A DNA stretch of 63,706 bases, the filler included, from Octopus bimaculoides (taxonomy: Eukaryota): assembly GCF_001194135.2 (NCBI RefSeq). It is 5 parts of 5 records of this genome, joined end to end, with 100 filler letters (N's around TTAATTAATTAA, not from the genome) between each part and the next. Parts side by side here need not be neighbours in the genome. Positions count along the whole stretch, not along the records: positions 1 to 15,361 come from NC_069009.1; 4 more parts are not named here. One strand, 5' to 3'. Shown piece by piece: positions 1-12,079 of the stretch; position 1 is the stretch's first letter, and every line of letters starts with the position of its first letter. A program made the translations under genes and the position numbers. The notes beneath the pieces were generated by a model. That model worked only from the letters and a program-made list of their open reading frames with translations. It was not told where the DNA came from and made no database searches.

Positions 1-99
1 AGTAGACAAAAGAAAAACAATTCCCTTCACAGGGAATTGTCTTTCAGTGGAGTGTCGCTGAGTTCTTGCAGCCGACAAAGAAACTCAGATGGTGTTCAT

Positions 100-760
100 C
101 CTGTATCAGTGTCCAGAATTGACTCTCTGCGGATTGTGTGTTCCGGCGGAGAACCTCAGGTGTAACAGGTGGGCTTTCTGCCCTCCGCCTGTGCCCTAAG
201 GGCCACATTCTCAGCCACGAGCACCCTTTCGGGAAGTTCCTGAAGGTCTTTTTGTGTTCCCTGAATAAGGATGCTGATGCTTCTTCCCAACCAATTTTGC
301 AGGGAAGAGCATGATACTTGTAATATTTTTATTTTTTCTGCCCTGTTGAACAACAGGGCGGCCACCACCTCTACGGGGTCGACTTCTGATGGTACTTCTG
401 ATATTTTCACTCTTGACGTTCTGCGACCCATGTAGGTTGGCAGAAGTAGCACCTCTTTCGTTTTTAGTGGACACCGAGTGCCCAACCCCTGGCGATATAG
501 ACTATGTCTCTCCAAATCAGGGACAGGCATTTCTTGATGGTATCTTTTTCAAAATGTTTGACCATTTTGTCTTTTGGACTGAGGGTTTTAAATGTCACAG
601 TCCATTTCTCTGTATTAATAACCGAAGCTGGGGGTGATATTTTTACATCACCACCCTCCTGCTTCATTCTTTTAAGCAGCTCACCAAGCTTGTTTATATC
701 GATATCGATATTTTTGGTTGCCACTTCGGCAACCGCTGAAAATCTTTTCACCATGTTTTC
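100..760 (-). mobile_element. Degenerate non-LTR retrotransposon ORF1 (L1/Tx1-like, gag-type zinc knuckle), frameshifted
   Basis: Overlapping minus-strand frames 464-754 and 156-530 end in AEGRKPTCYT*GSPPEH, a CxxC..H knuckle with the second Cys replaced by TGA, resembling the xEGRxPxCxxCG motif of Tx1/L1 ORF1p. Confidence 0.55.
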
Positions 761-2940
761 ACTCTCAGCCAGATTTTCAACAACTCACAGTTAAGATGGA
801 GACCCATAAGACCTCTACTAGTAGTAAATAGCAGCTTGTATTTGTCTGTTTGTCATAAAAAGACTGTAACTTTGTAAATTTTATTGGTTTGTCTTTGACA
901 TATTTTCCTTCATGTTTTGACCAGATATTTACAAAGTCAAATATCATTAAAAATATTTCTTTTTATCCCTTTTTAGTGTTATTTTGGCTGTCTAATTTTA
1001 TGTTAGTCATCTCTCTTGCACACTGCATCTAGTTCCTCTTATGCCTAGCTTTTCTCTCAGTACTCTACTGCTCTGTCACACATGTACATTGAACAAGTAA
1101 AAGATAAGATAATTTCCAAATGTTTATATGATGCCTCACACATAAACCAAAGTCTTTGAGCCTGTAGTTTTTTTTTTTCAATGTTTTTTTCTTTTTTCAT
1201 GTGAATCTGATTTGGATAATGCACATACATTTTAAATATAAATAAAATATAAATAACACAAAATGTATTAATGCAGTTTTTAATGTCTTTATTGTACAAA
1301 TCAAAAATTTATTCACATACTTAAAACGTAAATGATGTGTGTTTATATACAAACACATGTATACATAACACACACATACACAGAGAGAAAACACTACACA
1401 TACATTTGTGATCTGACCCATGTGTACCTTTATAGAAATCTCTCAAATTTTTCTTAAGTTATTTTATAAATTATTCTTATGGTATCACAAAAGTTGAGTG
1501 AAAATCATTGTTTTGTCAATTTGTTCCACAATTTCTTTAATAAAGATATATTTTTTGAAATTATAATTGAAGTTACTTTTATTAATGCAGAATGACTTGT
1601 GTGTGAATTTGGAAGATGGAAACTGTGTTGAAGCCTGTTATCTAAATATATGTGTGTGTGTGTGTCTGTCTTTGTGTTTGCTTCACACCATTTTACAACT
1701 GGTATTGGTTTGTTTTTTCCAAAAATTTTTTCAACAGGAAATTTAAAAAGAATTTTTGTCCTTAAAAAAAAAAAACTGAAGATAAATCACAAAGCTGGGC
1801 ATTTGTATACATCCGAAGGTTTCTGGCATTTCTTATACGACTTATATTTGTAGACACCAATTATAATTCCAACAATAAGGACAAGTGTGGAGAGGCTAAC
1901 TACGACAGAGATGAGTATGCTGGTTCCTTGTGTTTTAGATTCAAAATCTATGGTTTCTTTGTCTGCAAAAGACGAACACTAAAACCAATGATGATGATGA
2001 TGATACATTAAATATGGAGATAATTTATGCGAAAACCAACCATGCTGATTCAATCAGTGAAAGTCCATAACAGGGCTGACAAATATAGAAATAAAAAGGA
2101 ATTTCTTCTCATTTAAGAATAATGAGAATAAGAAATCACAAAACCCAGTGTACTGATGTTTCTGTAATTGTTTCTTGGATTTCTTATGAAACCTGTTAAT
2201 TTAGACAGGAATTAAAATCGCCAAAGTAATGCCAAAGACAAGTATGACATGGGATTTATATGCTGCTGGTTCCTGTTGCATTAGATTCGAAATCTTTTGT
2301 CATTTGTTTGTCTGCTAAAAATGAACAATAAAACGTGTACCTTTTGTTTTTAATAAAAAATAGTAATACCAACCTGCTAAAAACTGCCTTTGTTTCTTTT
2401 GTACAAAGGAGTAGTGCATGTAAAACCTTGAAATTGTTCGCTTAGGTATTACAAAGATGTTTGCACCTTAGGGAAGGCGGTGGGATATTGCTTTCACTCA
2501 AGTTTGTTTGTGGACAAGATATCTCAAGAACCTCTGGATGGATTCGGATGAAACTTGCAGGTATGTTTGGCCTAGCATCTGGCATGAACTGTTAAAATTT
2601 TGGAGGTATATTCAGTGTATCTTCTTTGCTTATGTCTTGTTAGATAAAGGAAATATCCTTGGAAATTCACAAGTTGGAGCAGAATAGAGCATCAAGATGT
2701 CACCCACGAGTTGTCTCCCCTGTACCAGTAGACACGTTTTGTGCTTTGAGAAAGGTGCTTAAAATAACCACACTGCTACGTTTATTTAAGTGTTTCAACC
2801 TGTAAACCGGCTACTTTCGATTCGGAATGAGTCTAAACTTCCCTTTTTTTTTACACCTTTTTTCGTTGTTTATATACAAACCACCAAGTGATCAAGCTTT
2901 GAAATCGAACTTAGTAGCTTAGATGTTTTACTGAGCGAAA

Positions 2941-3081
2941 ATGGCTGCTCCTACATTTGAACCTATTCTGGAAGAAATCTTGTTTGTTTCTGACTCGGGC
3001 GATGATTTTGAAGGATTTACTCAGGCAGATATCGACGGTGAAATTACCCGAGATGACGATAAGGACATACCTTGTACTTAA
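2941..3081 (+). mobile_element. Short acidic ORF, probable DNA-transposon transposase remnant (piggyBac- or pogo-like)
   Basis: Hand translation gives MAAPTFEPILEEILFVSDSGDDFEGFTQADIDGEITRDDDKDIPCT*. The SDSxDDFEGF acidic motif is seen in piggyBac N-termini and pogo C-termini. No catalytic domain or TIR pair found. Confidence 0.3.
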
Positions 3082-3542
3082 AGTTATACTGAGAACAATG
3101 TACCGGATGGGTTACTATCATCCATGCCTGACTGATTTAAGGAAAGTAATGGCCCCAAGGGGGTATATTTCTAAGGGGCAACTCTTTCTTCTATCCCTTA
3201 ATGTTTTACATAAACATATTATTCATCCAGTCCTTTATTAAAATTCAAAACAAAAAAAATCAAGTCTGTACATACAATACAACGAAAGTTATAACAATTT
3301 TAAAACAGTAGGTGCTTCATGTCTTTTATTGTCTTAAAAATAGTGCAGTGACAGGGAAACTTATCCGAGAAGCAAATCAAAGGTTAAGATAAAGCACATA
3401 GGCTTCTTATAAATAGAAGGAAAAGAGAATCAAGGATGTCTTCCACAACCTACAAATACGAGCACTACTTGAATAAAGAGATCCCGATGCGTCTACGTAA
3501 CGATATGTTTCTTATTTATTTATTGCCCACAAGGGGACAAAC

Positions 3543-3780
3543 AAGAAGCCCGTCGTATATATATATCTATATGTATGTTTGTGTGTCTGTGTTTGTCCCC
3601 CCCACCATCGCTTGACAACCGATGCTGGTGTGTTTACGTCCCCGTAACGTAGCGGTTCGGCAAAAAGAGACCGATAGAATAAGTACTAGGCTTCCAAAGA
3701 ATAAGCTCAGGGGTTGATTTGTTCGACTAAAGGCGGTGCTCCAGCATGGCCGCAGTCAAATGACTGAAACAAGTAGAAGA
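3543..3780 (+). mobile_element. SINE family A, 3' half
   Basis: aagaagcccgtcgtata...cttgacaaccgatgctggtgtgtttacgtcccc...gactgaaacaagta recurs many times in the window. Confidence 0.85.
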
Positions 3781-4384
3781 GTAATGTGCATTCTGCATCT
3801 TGTGACGTCACTTTCCCTCCAGTTATAACGAACTAACGATTTTCATACCGTCATTTCAGTTAAATGTGTCGTTGCATCCGTAACTTAGATCTTTAAACTA
3901 GTGTACCCAGGTCGTCGATAACGATGGATTTATGGCTGGAAAATGTACAAGATGAAAGTTGTTAAAGAGAGTATGAGTATATACGTAACACTGACAGAAT
4001 AAAAGGTAAATGAGACAATTATATTCACCTCTCCCCTTTTAATATATAAGTTTAATTGCTTTTAATATTATAACATGGCGTAGTTAATGATTCACTCTTT
4101 ATTCCATAATGAATTATTTTCCTACAAGAAATGCTCAATCTAATTACACAAATGTTGTACGTGTATATATATTCAAACTCAACAAAATGCATGCAGTTTA
4201 TTGGACCGTCATCTTACAAACATGTTACGTTTGCAAAAGAGAGCAGGGTAAAGTTTATGCAAAAGCTGTGCATTTTATAGCATTACACATTTAGTCCCAA
4301 AAACAGGTAAAGAATACGCCCACCCGGCGGTTAAGGTCAAGGTTTTTCTTATGTCGAAAACAGCTGGTGTACGTATTCTTTTGT

Positions 4385-4700
4385 GGAGGCGCAGTGGCCC
4401 AGTGGTTAGGGCAGCGGACTCGCGGTTTCGATTCCCAGACCGGGCGTTGTGAGTGTTTATTGAGCGAAAACACCTTAAGCTCCACGAGACCCAGCAGGGG
4501 ATGGATGGTGGCGAACCCTGCCGTACTCTTCCACCACAACTTTCTCTCACTCTTACTTCCTGTTTCTGTTGTGCCTGTAATTCAAAGGGTCGGTCAGCGT
4601 TGTCACACTGTGTCACGCTGAATATCACCGAGAACTACGTTAAGGGTACATGTGTCTGTGGAGTACTCAGCCACTTGTATGTTAATTTCACGAGCAGGCT
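4385..4700 (+). mobile_element. SINE family C (tRNA-derived head)
   Basis: Pol III A-box TGGCCCAGTGG and B-box GTTTCGATTCCC; body matches the copies at 41097, 52092 and 53316; runs into an N gap. Confidence 0.85.
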
Positions 4701-4965
4701 NNNNNNNNNNNNNNNNNNNNNNNNNNNNNNNNNNNNNNNNNNNNNNNNNNNNNNNNNNNNNNNNNNNNNNNNNNNNNNNNNNNNNNNNNNNNNNNNNNNN
4801 NNNNNNNNNNNNNNNNNNNNNNNNNNNNNNNNNNNNNNNNNNNNNNNNNNNNNNNNNNNNNNNNNNNNNNNNNNNNNNNNNNNNNNNNNNNNNNNNNNNN
4901 NNNNNNNNNNNNNNNNNNNNNNNNNNNNNNNNNNNNNNNNNNNNNNNNNNNNNNNNNNNNNNNNN

Positions 4966-5365
4966 TTCGGGATGTAAAAAAAGTAAATAAAAATACAAGG
5001 GAAATAACTTAACGTCTTACTAGTATTATCCGTACTCTCCTCACCCCACCCGTTCGCGAGCGCGCATTCTTCATATTGTTTTACACCTATTACACTAATT
5101 TATTATTTTTATTTTTGAGCTCGGGTCAAACGCTTTAGTTTGACTGTTATTTCCCTATACTGGAAGATTACCATAAGTTGTTGTGCAGCCGGTACAATGA
5201 TATTCAATCACGTGTGTGATTTATATATAAACAGTTAACTTCAATCACGTGTGTGATTTTATTTATAAACAGCTAAAAAAAAAATCACATTTCATAGTAC
5301 GGATAATACTAGTAAGACGTTAAGTTATTTCCCTTGTATTTTTATTTACTTTTTTACCTCCCGAA
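4966..5365. mobile_element. MITE-like element with ~70-bp terminal inverted repeats
   Basis: 4966-5036 (ttcgggatgtaaaaa...tagtattatccgtact) is the near-perfect reverse complement of 5296-5365; internal direct repeat ttcaatcacgtgtgtgattta occurs twice; left end abuts a gap. Confidence 0.75.
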
Positions 5366-5836
5366 ACTGGAAAATTACCTTTGTTTTGCTTGAAATCAAA
5401 AAATTCGTGGTAAGTAGCTTGCTTAATAACCACATGGTATTCTTTATTTTACCTTACTTTTTAGACATTTTAGAGACTTAAAACTATATATTTATTGATT
5501 CTAGAATGATTTGAACACACATATATATTAAATCTTGCGTTGGATATACAGTATTGTTCCTGTGGTCTTCCACCCTTATATATCCATTCTTACCATATAT
5601 TGCATCGTCTCAACTACAACTATGTTGACCCACTTTTAGTCGTAAATATAATGTAGCAATACAAAGAAGAAGAAAAAAAAAACTATGCAGTATAATGGTT
5701 TCAAACAAGTTGTCAGAAAATTAATTAGAAATCGCTAATTACTCATTTTACTTGTTACTAGTTTTTGCCCCCCACCACCTATTTTTGTTGTGAAATTTTC
5801 TACAAATACTTTTCAGACGGTGTAAATCAGGGGTTT

Positions 5837-5860
5837 TCAAACTGTAGTCCGCGGGCAATT
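5837..5860 (+). mobile_element. hAT/Charlie-like terminal sequence
   Basis: caggggttttcaaactgtagtccgcggg resembles Charlie-type termini; partner end not visible (gap 5908-6122). Coordinates approximate. Confidence 0.35.
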
Positions 5861-6281
5861 TGATTTTATACATGTTTTTTAATCGAAATCTTTTAATTGA
5901 CAATAAANNNNNNNNNNNNNNNNNNNNNNNNNNNNNNNNNNNNNNNNNNNNNNNNNNNNNNNNNNNNNNNNNNNNNNNNNNNNNNNNNNNNNNNNNNNNN
6001 NNNNNNNNNNNNNNNNNNNNNNNNNNNNNNNNNNNNNNNNNNNNNNNNNNNNNNNNNNNNNNNNNNNNNNNNNNNNNNNNNNNNNNNNNNNNNNNNNNNN
6101 NNNNNNNNNNNNNNNNNNNNNNCCCCCCCCCGCAACGCATCAACGGAACCTGTATGTAGTCTCTTCACAAGCTAGAAATAACAGTAAAATCTATGGTGTC
6201 GAATATCCACCCCTTTCCTCTTTTTTTTTCACTTCTTGCATCCGACATATATATGTGTGTAATATATATATATAATATACA

Positions 6282-6675
6282 CTGTAAATCCTCGAATATA
6301 ATCCACACTTTTTTCCAAAAATTTAATGGTCAAAATTTCTAGTGCGTGCTATATACGAGGTTAAAAATGAAACATATTTTCTAAGTGATAAATATGTGAA
6401 AGGCAATTTACTTAATATTTATTTTTCACTGACGTTATTACTGTTATTTCTTTATTTTCCACAAACAAAGTGCACAAAAAAGCTACACGTTTGCATTATG
6501 TTTATATATACAATAATAATAAAGGATGTTACTGTATATATATGTTTACAAACCAAGGACGTTATATAGACCTCTCTGACTCAAGTTAGAGAAGGGGTGC
6601 GTATTATACACAAGGTTTAGGTTTTTCAGAGGTACAGCCCCCTAAAAATCCCCGACGTATTATACTGAAAAAAAA
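6282..6675. mobile_element. pogo/Tigger-like non-autonomous DNA transposon remnant
   Basis: Left end ctgtaaatcctcgaatataatccacac; right region has complementary tgcgtattatac and acgtattatact motifs. Confidence 0.45.
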
Positions 6676-7053
6676 CTTTCTTTTCATCTTTTACAAGTGC
6701 AGAAATCTATAAAATTACCCAAAAGGATAAATGGATTTGCACCTCAAAAGCATCTCTGGGATTCTTGACATGTTGCACGATCTTAGTAAACAAAAGGCTC
6801 GTTTATATGGTGTCATTTGTTTCCAGTTCAATATGTAAAACATGCCCAGGCACTTTGTTATTCAATAGACTGGGATATTATAGCAGGAAGGGTGTCGAAT
6901 TGTACCCAAAGAAAGCTCTGCTCCCAAGCATGGAAAAGTAGGTGTCAAAGCAATGATGATGATGATGATGATGAAAACAAAAAAGTCCTTAAATCTTACA
7001 TATGGGAAAACAAGTCAATAATATTGATTTATCTATTTATCTATTTCTTACAG

Positions 7054-7283
7054 GACATGTTGGATTCGTATTGAAGTGCCCAATATGAAAAGAATGATTG
7101 AGTGGGGAAACGAGTATCATAATCTCGAATATGATTTGACTTTTGCAATTATGCTAACTATGAAGTTACACAGAATGGTAACATATCCACTTTTTTCATC
7201 TGAAATGTATCCCAAAAAGATTTGAATTGGCGATTTTGTGACTACTATCGCTGCCATGCAGAATATACCTTGGAGATTAAAAG
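7054..7283 (+). pseudogene. Exon-like segment of unknown gene, not open in any single frame
   Basis: Acceptor tttcttacag at 7053 and donor AAG|gtaagg at 7283/7284. Protein-like pieces (TCWIRIEVPNMKRMIEWGNEYHNLEY; DFCNYANYEVTQNG; FCDYYRCHAEYTLEIK) lie in different frames. Confidence 0.35.
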
Positions 7284-7311
7284 GTAAGGAAATTAAATTC
7301 TTTCTAGTTTA

Positions 7312-7465
7312 GGCACAAGGTCAGTAATTTCGTGTGAAAGAGGTTCCTCAGTTACAGCAATTTGAGTATATTAGGCTGGTACTTATTTCATCAACCCCAA
7401 AAAGATGAAAGGCAAAGCTAACCTTAGCAGTATTTGAACTCAGGAGTTAGAGATTCAGAAGAGAA
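7312..7465 (-). mobile_element. SINE family B, diverged
   Basis: Reverse complement of gagttcaaat...ctttgcctttcatc...taagtaccag. Confidence 0.6.
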
Positions 7466-8392
7466 TGCTTCTGAACATTTTTTCTGGTGCAGTAACAATC
7501 CTGCCAGCTTGCAGTCTCCTCTTCCTTCTTCATAATAATAATAAGAATAAGAATAAGAATAAGAAGAAGAAGAAGAAGAAGAAAAACAAAATCAAAGTTT
7601 GTAACATAACAATTTCAAGGTTTGTTTCTGTATAGGTTTTTTTTCTCCTAATTTGAATTGATAAGATTTCATAATAACCTCTTGTGGGACATATTTATCA
7701 TTGACTAAACGAANNNNNNNNNNNNNNNNNNNNNNNNNNNNNNNNNNNNNNNNNNNNNNNNNNNNNNNNNNNNNNNNNNNNNNNNNNNNNNNNNNNNNNN
7801 NNNNNNNNNNNNNNNNNNNNNNNNNNNNNNNNNNNNNNNNNNNNNNNNNNNNNNNNNNNNNNNNNNNNNNNNNNNNNNNNNNNNNNNNNNNNNNNNNNNN
7901 NNNNNNNNNNNNNNNNNNNNNNNNNNNNNNNNNNNNNNNNNNNNNNNNNNNNNNNNNNNNNNNNNNNNNNNNNNNNNNNNNNNNNNNNNNNNNNNNNNNN
8001 NNNNNNNNNNNNNNNNNNNNNNNNNNNNNNNNNNNNNNNNNNNNNNNNNNNNNNNNNNNNNNNNNNNNNNNNNNNNNNNNNNNNNNNNNNNNNNNNNNNN
8101 NNNNNNNNNNNNNNNNNNNNNNNNNNNNNNNNNNNNNNNNNNNNNNNNNNNNNNNNNNNNNNNNNNNNNNNNNNNNNNNNNNNNNNNNNNNNNNNNNNNN
8201 NNNNNNNNNNNNNNNNNNNCTTTCTCCTTCTCTCTCTCTCTCTCTTTCTCTACCCCCTCCTCTCTTTCTCCTTCTCTCTCTCTCCCCATCCCCTCTTTGT
8301 CTCCTCACCCCCCCCCATCTGACTTACAGCACTTTTGACATGCTTTCATTTCATAGATGTCATGTTGATATCTTGTATGAACTGAAAGCTGT

Positions 8393-8612
8393 AAGTGGAT
8401 TCGGTGAGGGAAACTGAAAGAAGCCCATTGTATATATATGTATGTATGTATGTATGTTTGCGTATGTGTGTCTCTGTCCCTTCTTGACCATCAGTGTTGG
8501 CATATTTGCATTCCCTTAACTTAGCAGTTTGCCAAAAACAGACACATAGAATAAATATCAGGCTTTAAAAAATAAGTACTCGAGTCAATTCATTCAACTG
8601 AAAATACTTCAA
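8393..8612 (+). mobile_element. SINE family A, diverged
   Basis: gtggattcggtgagggaaactgaaagaagccc plus internal TATG tract and family A 3' half. Confidence 0.7.
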
Positions 8613-8806
8613 GACGTCTTGAAGTCTCACATCGGGGTCACCCATTCAGCCTTAATGTTATGTTATACGTGGCCGTTGATATAAAGAAGAAAGAAAGTGC
8701 TTCAGAAATATGACAGACGCGGCTTTTTCTCAGATAAAAATGTTTTATTTAACAACACTAAAAAGAATAAGTGAATAACAGAGAAAAAAAAAAGTACAAC
8801 AGTGGA

Positions 8807-9366
8807 GGGATCTTTTTTAAAACAGGGGCCACATTTTTCATTAACGAAACACTTTGAAACTTGGAACACTGGTAGAATGTGTCATATAAAACATCTTTTT
8901 CTCTTAGTCTTCTTAAAAAAAAAAGAAATCCATAACTTATTCCATGTTAAAGTTGTCGTATTTCTGTAATTTCAACCAATCACTAACGTCCATTCAGCCG
9001 ATATACATTAAGTGCCGACTACATAAACAAACGATTCTGAAACAATTCTATCGGTGATAGGGTTAGGGTAAAACAGCAAATTNNNNNNNNNNNNNNNNNN
9101 NNNNNNNNNNNNNNNNNNNNNNNNNNAACGAAGCTATGGCTTAATCAGCCAAAGGAGTAAATATAAACAACTGAATACTTGTCAGTGATTGGTTGAAATT
9201 ATCGAAATAAGACAATTTTTTACATGAAATAAATTCGAATACAAAAATATTTTTCTGTTCTATAACACAAAATAGATAAGTATACGAAGTTTGAAAGTCT
9301 TTCCGTATCAAAAACACTACGTAAAACATTAATGAAAAATGTGGCCCCCATTTTAAAAAAGATCCC
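8807..9366. mobile_element. Tc1/mariner-like MITE with ~40-bp TIRs
   Basis: gggatcttttttaaaacaggggccacatttttcattaacg (8807) is inverted relative to cattaatgaaaaatgtggcccccattttaaaaaagatccc (ends 9366); a second internal inverted pair (ttcaaccaatcact / agtgattggttgaa) is also present. Confidence 0.7.
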
Positions 9367-9651
9367 AGTAAAGAAACAATAAAGAATAGTCACACTTTGA
9401 ATATCACATTCGGAAAGCAAATGCGTGAATCAGTCCTTGTGCATAACAGAACGTTCCAGAACGTATATTAAGCATATGGCAGTAAAAGAGGTGAATGTGT
9501 ATTACAGCTGAACAACGATATATATGTGGGTGAAAGATAAACTCTGGAATAAGGAATTTAACAACACATTTCTTATTATATTGTAAAACAGAAACAGATG
9601 TTTGCTTTAAGAATTTGTCGAACGTGCCAGAGAGTTGGCAGTGTGATCAGT

Positions 9652-9808
9652 TAACCGATGCTGGTGTGTTTACGTCGCCATAACTTAGCGGTTCGGCAAA
9701 AGAGACCGATAGAATAAGTACTCGGCTTACAAAGAATAAGTCCTGGGGTCGACTAAAAGCGGTGCTCCAGCATGGCCGCAGTCAAATGACTGAAACAAGT
9801 AAAAGAGA
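9652..9808 (+). mobile_element. SINE family A, 3' part
   Basis: Matches 3615-3780. Confidence 0.85.
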
Positions 9809-9903
9809 GATATGTAATTAGAAATTATCGATCTATCTATCATACGTACGTTTGAATGTATGTAGGTACGTATGTATCCGTAGTTTCTGGAATAATATCC
9901 ATT

Positions 9904-9953
9904 CTACATTAAAATCACTGAGATGACCAAAGCTTCGTAACTGGCGAACACAC
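9904..9953 (-). CDS. Candidate exon 3 of the PAN/apple-like gene
   Basis: Strong acceptor (ttttttttttcag|gtgtg). Phase-1 reading gives (G)VFASYEALVISVILM*; the phase-2 reading CVRQLRSFGHLSDFNVEWILFQKLR is also open. Assignment uncertain. Confidence 0.35.
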
Positions 9954-10237
9954 CTGAAAAAAAAAAGAAAAATGAGGGAAAATTTTGTTAAAAAATATTA
10001 TCTTTAAATGTTTATCTGAAGAATTACGGATAGGAGATTCTATACATGTTTACATGTTTTTATTTCTACATGTGAACATTTGCAAATCCTTTCCTTTACT
10101 AAAACACATGTAACATGGAAATAGAAATATTGAATTATCAAGCAACAATGCTAACCATCAACCTGTAATATGAATATTTTGATAACTTGCATTGTTGTGG
10201 TCCAAAAAATATTTAAAGCTTTTATACATATATAAAA

Positions 10238-10315
10238 GGCGCAGGAGTGGCTGTGTGGTAAGTAGCTTGCTTTACCAACCACATGGTTCCGGGTTCAGTC
10301 GCACTGCGTGGCATC
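10238..10315 (+). mobile_element. SINE 5' tRNA-like head (family A type)
   Basis: ggcgcaggagtggctgtgtggtaagtagcttgc...ggttccgggttcagtc; then N gap and a (GAT)n tail at 10436-10451. Confidence 0.8.
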
Positions 10316-10713
10316 NNNNNNNNNNNNNNNNNNNNNNNNNNNNNNNNNNNNNNNNNNNNNNNNNNNNNNNNNNNNNNNNNNNNNNNNNNNNNNNNNNNNN
10401 NNNNNNNNNNNNNNNATGGAAAGCAGACGTTAAACGATGATGATGATGATGATAAATATATATATTATATATATATATGTATGTATGTATGCATATACAT
10501 GAAGAATGCACGTATATATGAAGTGGAAAGGAATTGGTCATAATAACGCCGACCAGTATGCTTATCACGTTGCGCCAAAGTCATGAACAATCATAGTCTC
10601 GACGATTGACTGCACTGTGCGTATGCACGCACGCATGTCTGTGTGGTGTGTATAACAGAGTTAATGACGCTAAAAATTACAAAATGCAAACAAGAAAATT
10701 GTGATTTACGTAC

Positions 10714-11046
10714 CGTTGCCAGAGAGCAAAATATATGAGGAACAATTGCAATCATAATCTTGAATTTCTTCTTCGTAAAAGGATTCATGCATATCACATG
10801 AGCCATTACAATAGCTAAAATATTGGCACTTATTGTATAAAATACATCGAGATGCACAGTCTTTAGCAGATGATATGTTGTCGTATGTTTTTTTATTCTG
10901 AACAGCTAAGCATTTTGATGTGGTTATTTCTCCGAATAGGACTTTAATACACTCTGGTTTTGCAGCTATCGGAGTCGCAAAATGTACAAGAGTCAAAGCT
11001 GGCAGCAATATGAGAATGAAATGATATTGGATTGATGTTTCCATTC
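10714..11046 (-). CDS. Exon 2 of a secreted Cys-rich PAN/apple-like protein (signal peptide + domain)
   Basis: Acceptor tttttcatctttcag|ga at 11047/11046, donor AACG|gtacgt at 10714/10713. Encodes METSIQYHFILILLPALTLVHFATPIAA (signal peptide) then 9 Cys including CASRC-x5-C-QYFSY-C-NGS-C, a PAN/apple-like spacing. Confidence 0.75.
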
Positions 11047-11071
11047 CTGAAAGATGAAAAAATATACAATA

Positions 11072-11229
11072 ATACATACATACATACATACATACATACA
11101 TACATACGTACACACATACATACATACATACGTACACACATACATACATACATACGTACACACATACATACATACATACGTACACACATACATACACACA
11201 CATACATACATACATACATACATACATAC
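11072..11229. repeat. Compound (TACA)n microsatellite with 24-bp higher-order unit
   Basis: The unit catacatacatacatacgtacaca recurs; lies in the intron just upstream of the exon 2 acceptor. Confidence 0.9.
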
Positions 11230-12079
11230 AGTTCAACAGGTCAAAGAAAGAAAGAAACCCTTATATAAATCATAACATGATGAGGGACGGTGGGGGGGGG
11301 TACCGTAATTTTGATCTGCATCAAAAAATTTCTGAATTTAATAAATTACAATATTTACAATATTTTTGCATATTTTGAGTCATTTGTGGAGGCAGAAGAT
11401 GAAATCACAAAAAAAAAACATATTGAAGNNNNNNNNNNNNNNNNNNNNNNNNNNNNNNNNNNNNNNNNNNNNNNNNNNNNNNNNNNNNNNNNNNNNNNNN
11501 NNNNNNNNNNNNNNNNNNNNNNNNNNNNNNNNNNNNNNNNNNNNNNNNNNNNNNNNNNNNNNNNNNNNNNNNNNNNNNNNNNNNNNNNNNNNNNNNNNNN
11601 NNNNNNNNNNNNNNNNNNNNNNNNNNNNNNNNNNNNNNNNNNNNNNNNNNNNNNNNNNNNNNNNNNNNNNNNNNNNNNNNNNNNNNNNNNNNNNNNNNNN
11701 NNNNNNNNNNNNNNNNNNNNNNNNNNNNNNNNNNNNNNNNNNNNNNNNNNNNNNNNNNNNNNNNNNNNNNNNNNNNNNNNNNNNNNNNNNNNNNNNNNNN
11801 NNNNNNNNNNNNNNNNNNNNNNNNNNNNNNNNNNNNNNNNNNNNNNNNNNNNNNNNNNNNNNNNNNNNNNNNNNNNNNNNNNNNNNNNNNNNNNNNNNNN
11901 NNNNNNNNNNNNNNNNNNNNNNNNNNNNNNNNNNNNNNNNNNNNNNNNNNNNNNNNNNNNNNNNNNNNNNNNNNNNNNNNNNNNNNNNNNNNNNNNNNNN
12001 NNNNNNNNNNNNNNNNNNNNNNNNNNNNNNNNNNNNNNNNNNNNNNNNNNNNNNNNNNNNNNNNNNNNNNNNNNNTCAC

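Noticed and set aside
2460-2620. Segment resembling non-autonomous Helentron/DNA-element bodies (gtttgtttgtggacaagatatctcaagaacc...)
   Set aside because: Resemblance from memory only; termini not definable.
4385-4445. tRNA-like A/B boxes here and at 10238, 41097 and 48015
   Set aside because: SINE heads followed by SINE bodies; no complete cloverleaf.
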